In this document: positions 27,346 through 30,546 of the stretch, piece by piece | Layout: every line of letters begins with the position of its first letter | Numbering within the stretch: the first letter of the stretch is position 1 | Virus record (IMG/VR): IMGVR_UViG_3300038423_000131 | Reading direction: 5' to 3' (one strand) | DNA from: an uncultured virus (IMG/VR IMGVR_UViG_3300038423_000131) | Lineage: Duplodnaviria > Heunggongvirae > Uroviricota > Caudoviricetes | Length of the DNA stretch: 30,546 bases | Position numbers and translations under genes: made by a program | The notes under the pieces: model-generated | Told to the model about the DNA's origin: nothing | Seen by the model: only the letters and a program-made list of their open reading frames with translations | Databases searched by the model: none

Positions 27346-28269
27346 ATGACCGAAACAGCCATAAATGCCGATAAACTTAAAGATATGTTAGCGCAAGTTT
27401 TAGCTAATGCACAACATGATTTAGATATTAAAGCCTTTGATAAACCGATAGATACAACCATGCAAGCATTAGTTATAAAGCCAAATGATTTAACTGTAAA
27501 AAAGACTTTGAAGGGGTTTTTAACAGGAACATTTCTCGATAAACTTTATTTTAACGAACAATCTGAACCTTTGAATGGTTTACCTTCTTGCGGTCAAATA
27601 GGCATAGTTGGATTAAGTGGTGTTGGGAAATCTTTGCTTGCACAGGAAATTCTTCTCAGAACCGCTAATGAAAGTAAAGGTGTGGTCTTTATAACGAGTG
27701 AAGATATATTCAATTCAGACAACGAAAGATTTGACCTTCAATCAAGACTAATGGAAAAATCTAAAAGTCTTGGGTTAGATTGGCAAAAGATAAAAGATAA
27801 TCTTTTTGTTTTAGATTGTATAACTCACGGTCAACTTTCCGATTTTGAAACTCTTATTGGCGTATATCGAAGTTTAGTTGAAGACCCCAAAAACAACATT
27901 AAACTTTTAGTGATTGATTCATTGACCTTACTTGAATCTTATCGCCAAAATCTTAAACATAGGGTTTTGCAACTGTCACGGTTTAACCAATTAAAAGGAA
28001 TTACGGGTTTATATGTCTGCCAACGAAGCGAAGAAGAAACTGACAAATTTTCAATTAGCGGTGGTGTCGGGGTGGCTCACAACTTAGACAGCGTTATTTG
28101 TATTGACTTCGCCAAAGCTATGGGGCAAATGAAAGACGAACTTCAAAAGAAACAATGGGAAAATACACATTTCGCAAGAATACTCTCTTGTAGATTATGT
28201 AGTTTTAATAGAAAATATATAGAAATGGAAATTACCCCAAATGGTTTTCTAAAAGCCATAAATAAATAA
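27346..28269 (+). CDS. single-domain KaiC/RecA-superfamily ATPase (archaeal KaiC-domain type)
   Basis: Walker A GLSGVGKS, VVFITSE, Walker B LLVIDS, GGVGVAHNLD, RILSCR. ATG27346 follows a GGTG RBS (track start is 27262). Confidence 0.85.
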   Translation: MTETAINADKLKDMLAQVLANAQHDLDIKAFDKPIDTTMQALVIKPNDLTVKKTLKGFLTGTFLDKLYFNEQSEPLNGLPSCGQIGIVGLSGVGKSLLAQEILLRTANESKGVVFITSEDIFNSDNERFDLQSRLMEKSKSLGLDWQKIKDNLFVLDCITHGQLSDFETLIGVYRSLVEDPKNNIKLLVIDSLTLLESYRQNLKHRVLQLSRFNQLKGITGLYVCQRSEEETDKFSISGGVGVAHNLDSVICIDFAKAMGQMKDELQKKQWENTHFARILSCRLCSFNRKYIEMEITPNGFLKAINK

Positions 28270-28634
28270 CTTTAGTTTTTTTTATTAAATAAAACCATAG
28301 TCATTAAATAGCCATAACCTTTATTAGCACCTTTGTTATATTATATTGTTGATAAGTATGACCGAACAAATAATTGGGTATGTTGAAACATGGAGTAGAA
28401 TCTACGCCATAATCGTTAAAGATAAAGAAGTAGTTGTGCAAGAAACCGAATTGCAAAGTAGTGATGTTTAAAATGCCACCTAATGATGGAATGCGATATA
28501 CTTGGGATTCCTATATTGGAAAATGGGTATGTCAAGAGCGTGATGGTGTTAAAGACAATCACGTTTAGGTGATTAATGGTGTTTAAGCACAACATTTATA
28601 TCCTTGTTTACACTATCTTAGGTGTTGATAAAAA

Positions 28635-28829
28635 ATGGAAATGAATGCAATAGAAAGATTAATCATAGCAGTTTTGGCATGGATAGGATTGGCTGAACTT
28701 ATAACAGGTTTAGTTACAGGCTGGAATCTTGCGTGGATAATTTTTGTTGCAAGCATAGCAGGTTTGCTTTTGGGAATAATTGGTCTTTCAATTCTTATAC
28801 TTATTACAATTTTTTGGGTGTTTGGATAA
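28635..28829 (+). CDS. small membrane protein (2 TM)
   Basis: Almost entirely hydrophobic; TATA at about 28596, GGTG RBS. Confidence 0.65.
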   Translation: MEMNAIERLIIAVLAWIGLAELITGLVTGWNLAWIIFVASIAGLLLGIIGLSILILITIFWVFG

Positions 28830-28832
28830 TCA

Positions 28833-29057
28833 ATGAATACAGATGAAAAACGTGCTTGGAAAATACTCTTAGAGGAATATGTGCCAGAAACGGGTAAAGC
28901 GTGGTTTGAGCAAAGGTTTAGGCATTTTGTAGAACTACAACATTGGTACACTAATAACGCCGAAGCGATAGTGGATGCTTTTATAAGTTATATTGAGAAT
29001 GGAGAAGGCGTTACTATGATTAAGAAAGCAAGTGTAATTAACCAACCACAGTCGTAA
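28833..29057 (+). CDS. hypothetical protein
   Basis: ORF in operon. Confidence 0.6.
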   Translation: MNTDEKRAWKILLEEYVPETGKAWFEQRFRHFVELQHWYTNNAEAIVDAFISYIENGEGVTMIKKASVINQPQS

Positions 29058-29061
29058 TTCT

Positions 29062-29223
29062 ATGCCAGAAGAAAAACCTATAAGTTACCAAGAACTTGAA
29101 AGACTATGCCAAAGAAAAATTAGCGGTGCTTATAACTTAATTATTCTTAGTGATAGAGTAGATGAATGCAGAAAACTAATAGATGATTACCGTGTTTACA
29201 TGTTGAAAAAGAGGAAAAAATAA
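29062..29223 (+). CDS. hypothetical microprotein (53 aa), not in the ORF track
   Basis: Starts 4 nt after the previous stop; helical-looking composition. Confidence 0.5.
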   Translation: MPEEKPISYQELERLCQRKISGAYNLIILSDRVDECRKLIDDYRVYMLKKRKK

Positions 29224-29358
29224 ATGGATGAAAACCAAAGAGAAAAATACTTAGAGATACTTAGAGAAGAAGCAAAGAAATGCCCGAATTTCAGCAAAGA
29301 AATACAATATCCATAGTTAAACCACAAAGTTTATATATTTGTTTTGATATAGCATTAA

Positions 29359-29525
29359 TTACTACCAATTTGGAGTGAGTAGCCGATAACTGTGTCTTCG
29401 GTATTGGTAGCAAAGTGACAGAGTGATGTAAGTCCAAACTTTTTGGCATGACTGTCGCATGTGATAGTCGCCAGCGTTACCCGAACTTGGGGATGAAAGC
29501 TTCATGTTTCGGTCAATGACGCTGG
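29359..29525 (+). ncRNA. candidate structured non-coding RNA (about 165 nt), family unknown
   Basis: GC-richer island with no convincing ORF, just downstream of BRE/TATA 29330-29337. Stems CTACCAAT/ATTGGTAG, GTGACAG/CTGTCGC, CCAGCGTTA/TGACGCTGG and CCGAA/TTCGG, several with G-U pairs. Confidence 0.55.
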
Positions 29526-29796
29526 AAAATATATAAATATATATAAAGTGTTAGGTATTAAATATATAGTGTGTAATGAGTTATATAGTTAGGAAGCCCC
29601 TAAACACAAACAAGGGGAAAGAAATGTTGTGCATAGATGCAAACTATGGAGAATTAATTTAATAGTTTAAATTTTTTGTGGTAGTTAAAAAGTCCATCAA
29701 TTTAAAAAGCCAAAAATTTTTTTTGATAATTTTAAGCAATTACTTAAATACTTTGACCACCGAAAGACTTAAATAGCCGATTATTATTATTGATAA

Positions 29797-30252
29797 TTGG
29801 CGATAAAAATGAGAAAACATCATGTTGGTGAATTTTATGAAAATAAAGAACAGAAACAGCAACGATATGCTGAAACTAAAGAACAAAGACATCAACGTTA
29901 TATAGCGAATTATGAAAGTGAGAAAGCAATAAAATATAGAGAAAATCATCGTGAATATTATAGGAATTATCATAGAGAATATGGGCAAAAATTAAAAAGG
30001 TGGGCTGTTGATAAGTTAGGCAGAAAATGTCACGACTGTGGATTAGTAACAGAACACGATTGTATTTATGACTTCCATCATTTAGGCGAAGATTCTTGGT
30101 CTAAGTTACAACATACAAATAAAGTAACAACCGAAAAAATTAAAGTGTTGCGTAAGTGGGAAAAAGAAGATTATATACCTAATGATATAATTTTAGTCTG
30201 TTCTAATTGTCATAGATTAAGAAATAATGGAGATAAGCCAGAAGATTTATAA
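29797..30252 (+). CDS. free-standing HNH endonuclease (likely start ATG29809)
   Basis: LGRKCHDCG...IYDFHHL...IPNDIILVCSNCHR; TATA at 29768. Confidence 0.85.
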   Translation: MAIKMRKHHVGEFYENKEQKQQRYAETKEQRHQRYIANYESEKAIKYRENHREYYRNYHREYGQKLKRWAVDKLGRKCHDCGLVTEHDCIYDFHHLGEDSWSKLQHTNKVTTEKIKVLRKWEKEDYIPNDIILVCSNCHRLRNNGDKPEDL

Positions 30253-30546
30253 GCGAAGTTTGCATATTGTTTTGGGTAGATGATTGCGATGTCTGTTATG
30301 ATTGAAGTGTATGAATTAGGTCTAATAATGATATATAGTTACGTCATGGCTAAGATAAGTCGTTTTGCTTATTCGATATTAAAAGTACACTATCAACTTT
30401 GTAGAACACAGCGTAAAATAAGAAGGGGTGAATTTACTTTTGACTCAGAAAAAGATTAGACTTAGAAATATGCCTTTAGCAATGCTGTTAATTTTGCCTT
30501 TTGCATTGTTTTATTATGCTATGGCACGATACGAATATAAGTTAAT

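Noticed and set aside
29526..29590. AATATATA repeats after the ncRNA candidate as an iteron
   Set aside because: Low-complexity AT sequence, more simply explained as a TATA-like or spacer region.
29420..29620. RNase P, SRP, tRNA or hammerhead identity for the structured RNA
   Set aside because: GATGTAAGTCC loosely recalls RNase P CR-I, but I found no CR-V, no SRP helix-8 motif, no cloverleaf/T-loop and no CUGAUGA core.
1299..29988. Antisense and alternate-frame ORFs in the track (e.g. 1299-1499, 4862-5065, 11338-11706, 11414-11764, 14127-14483, 22043-22237, 22224-22646, 25367-25672, 27042-27461, 28613-28951, 29740-29988)
   Set aside because: They overlap well-supported genes, lack promoters or RBS, and have the F/L/S/I-rich composition of shadow frames.
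1..30546. CRISPR array, tRNA/rRNA genes, IS transposase, reverse transcriptase/DGR, capsid or terminase
   Set aside because: By eye I found no regularly spaced repeats, tRNA folds or diagnostic motifs. The palindrome copies are dispersed, not arrayed.

Overview
AT-rich, gene-dense, almost entirely plus-strand window that looks like part of an archaeal virus or large archaeal mobile element. The evidence is an MCM helicase C-terminus, an archaeal-type ThyA, a KaiC-domain ATPase, recurring BRE+TATA promoters, GGTGA/GAGG ribosome-binding sites and ATGA/GTGA-coupled genes. No capsid, terminase, integrase, tRNA, rRNA or CRISPR is visible, so the viral assignment is an inference. In order, it holds: (1) a glycan synthesis cluster (three glycosyltransferases, PIG-L deacetylase, nucleotide-sugar dehydrogenase, two LbH acyltransferases, FabG-like SDR); (2) nucleotide and RNA-handling genes (SLOG, NUDIX, RNA ligase, PRTase, toprim protein, dimeric dUTPase, ThyA); (3) five free-standing HNH endonucleases, each with its own promoter; (4) many Cys-rich microproteins; (5) a membrane-anchored proline-free collagen-like protein. 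The most unusual signals are a five-gene operon (24924-26365) of unrelated small proteins that all end in F-[IV]-F-R-stop, a 16-bp palindrome TTAAGTAATTACTTAA recurring at a fixed spacing upstream of TATA boxes, a 32-aa C-terminal module shared by a GT-B and a GT-A glycosyltransferase, and a promoter-driven structured ncRNA candidate at about 29360-29525. All family calls come from motif recognition by eye; no searches were run.
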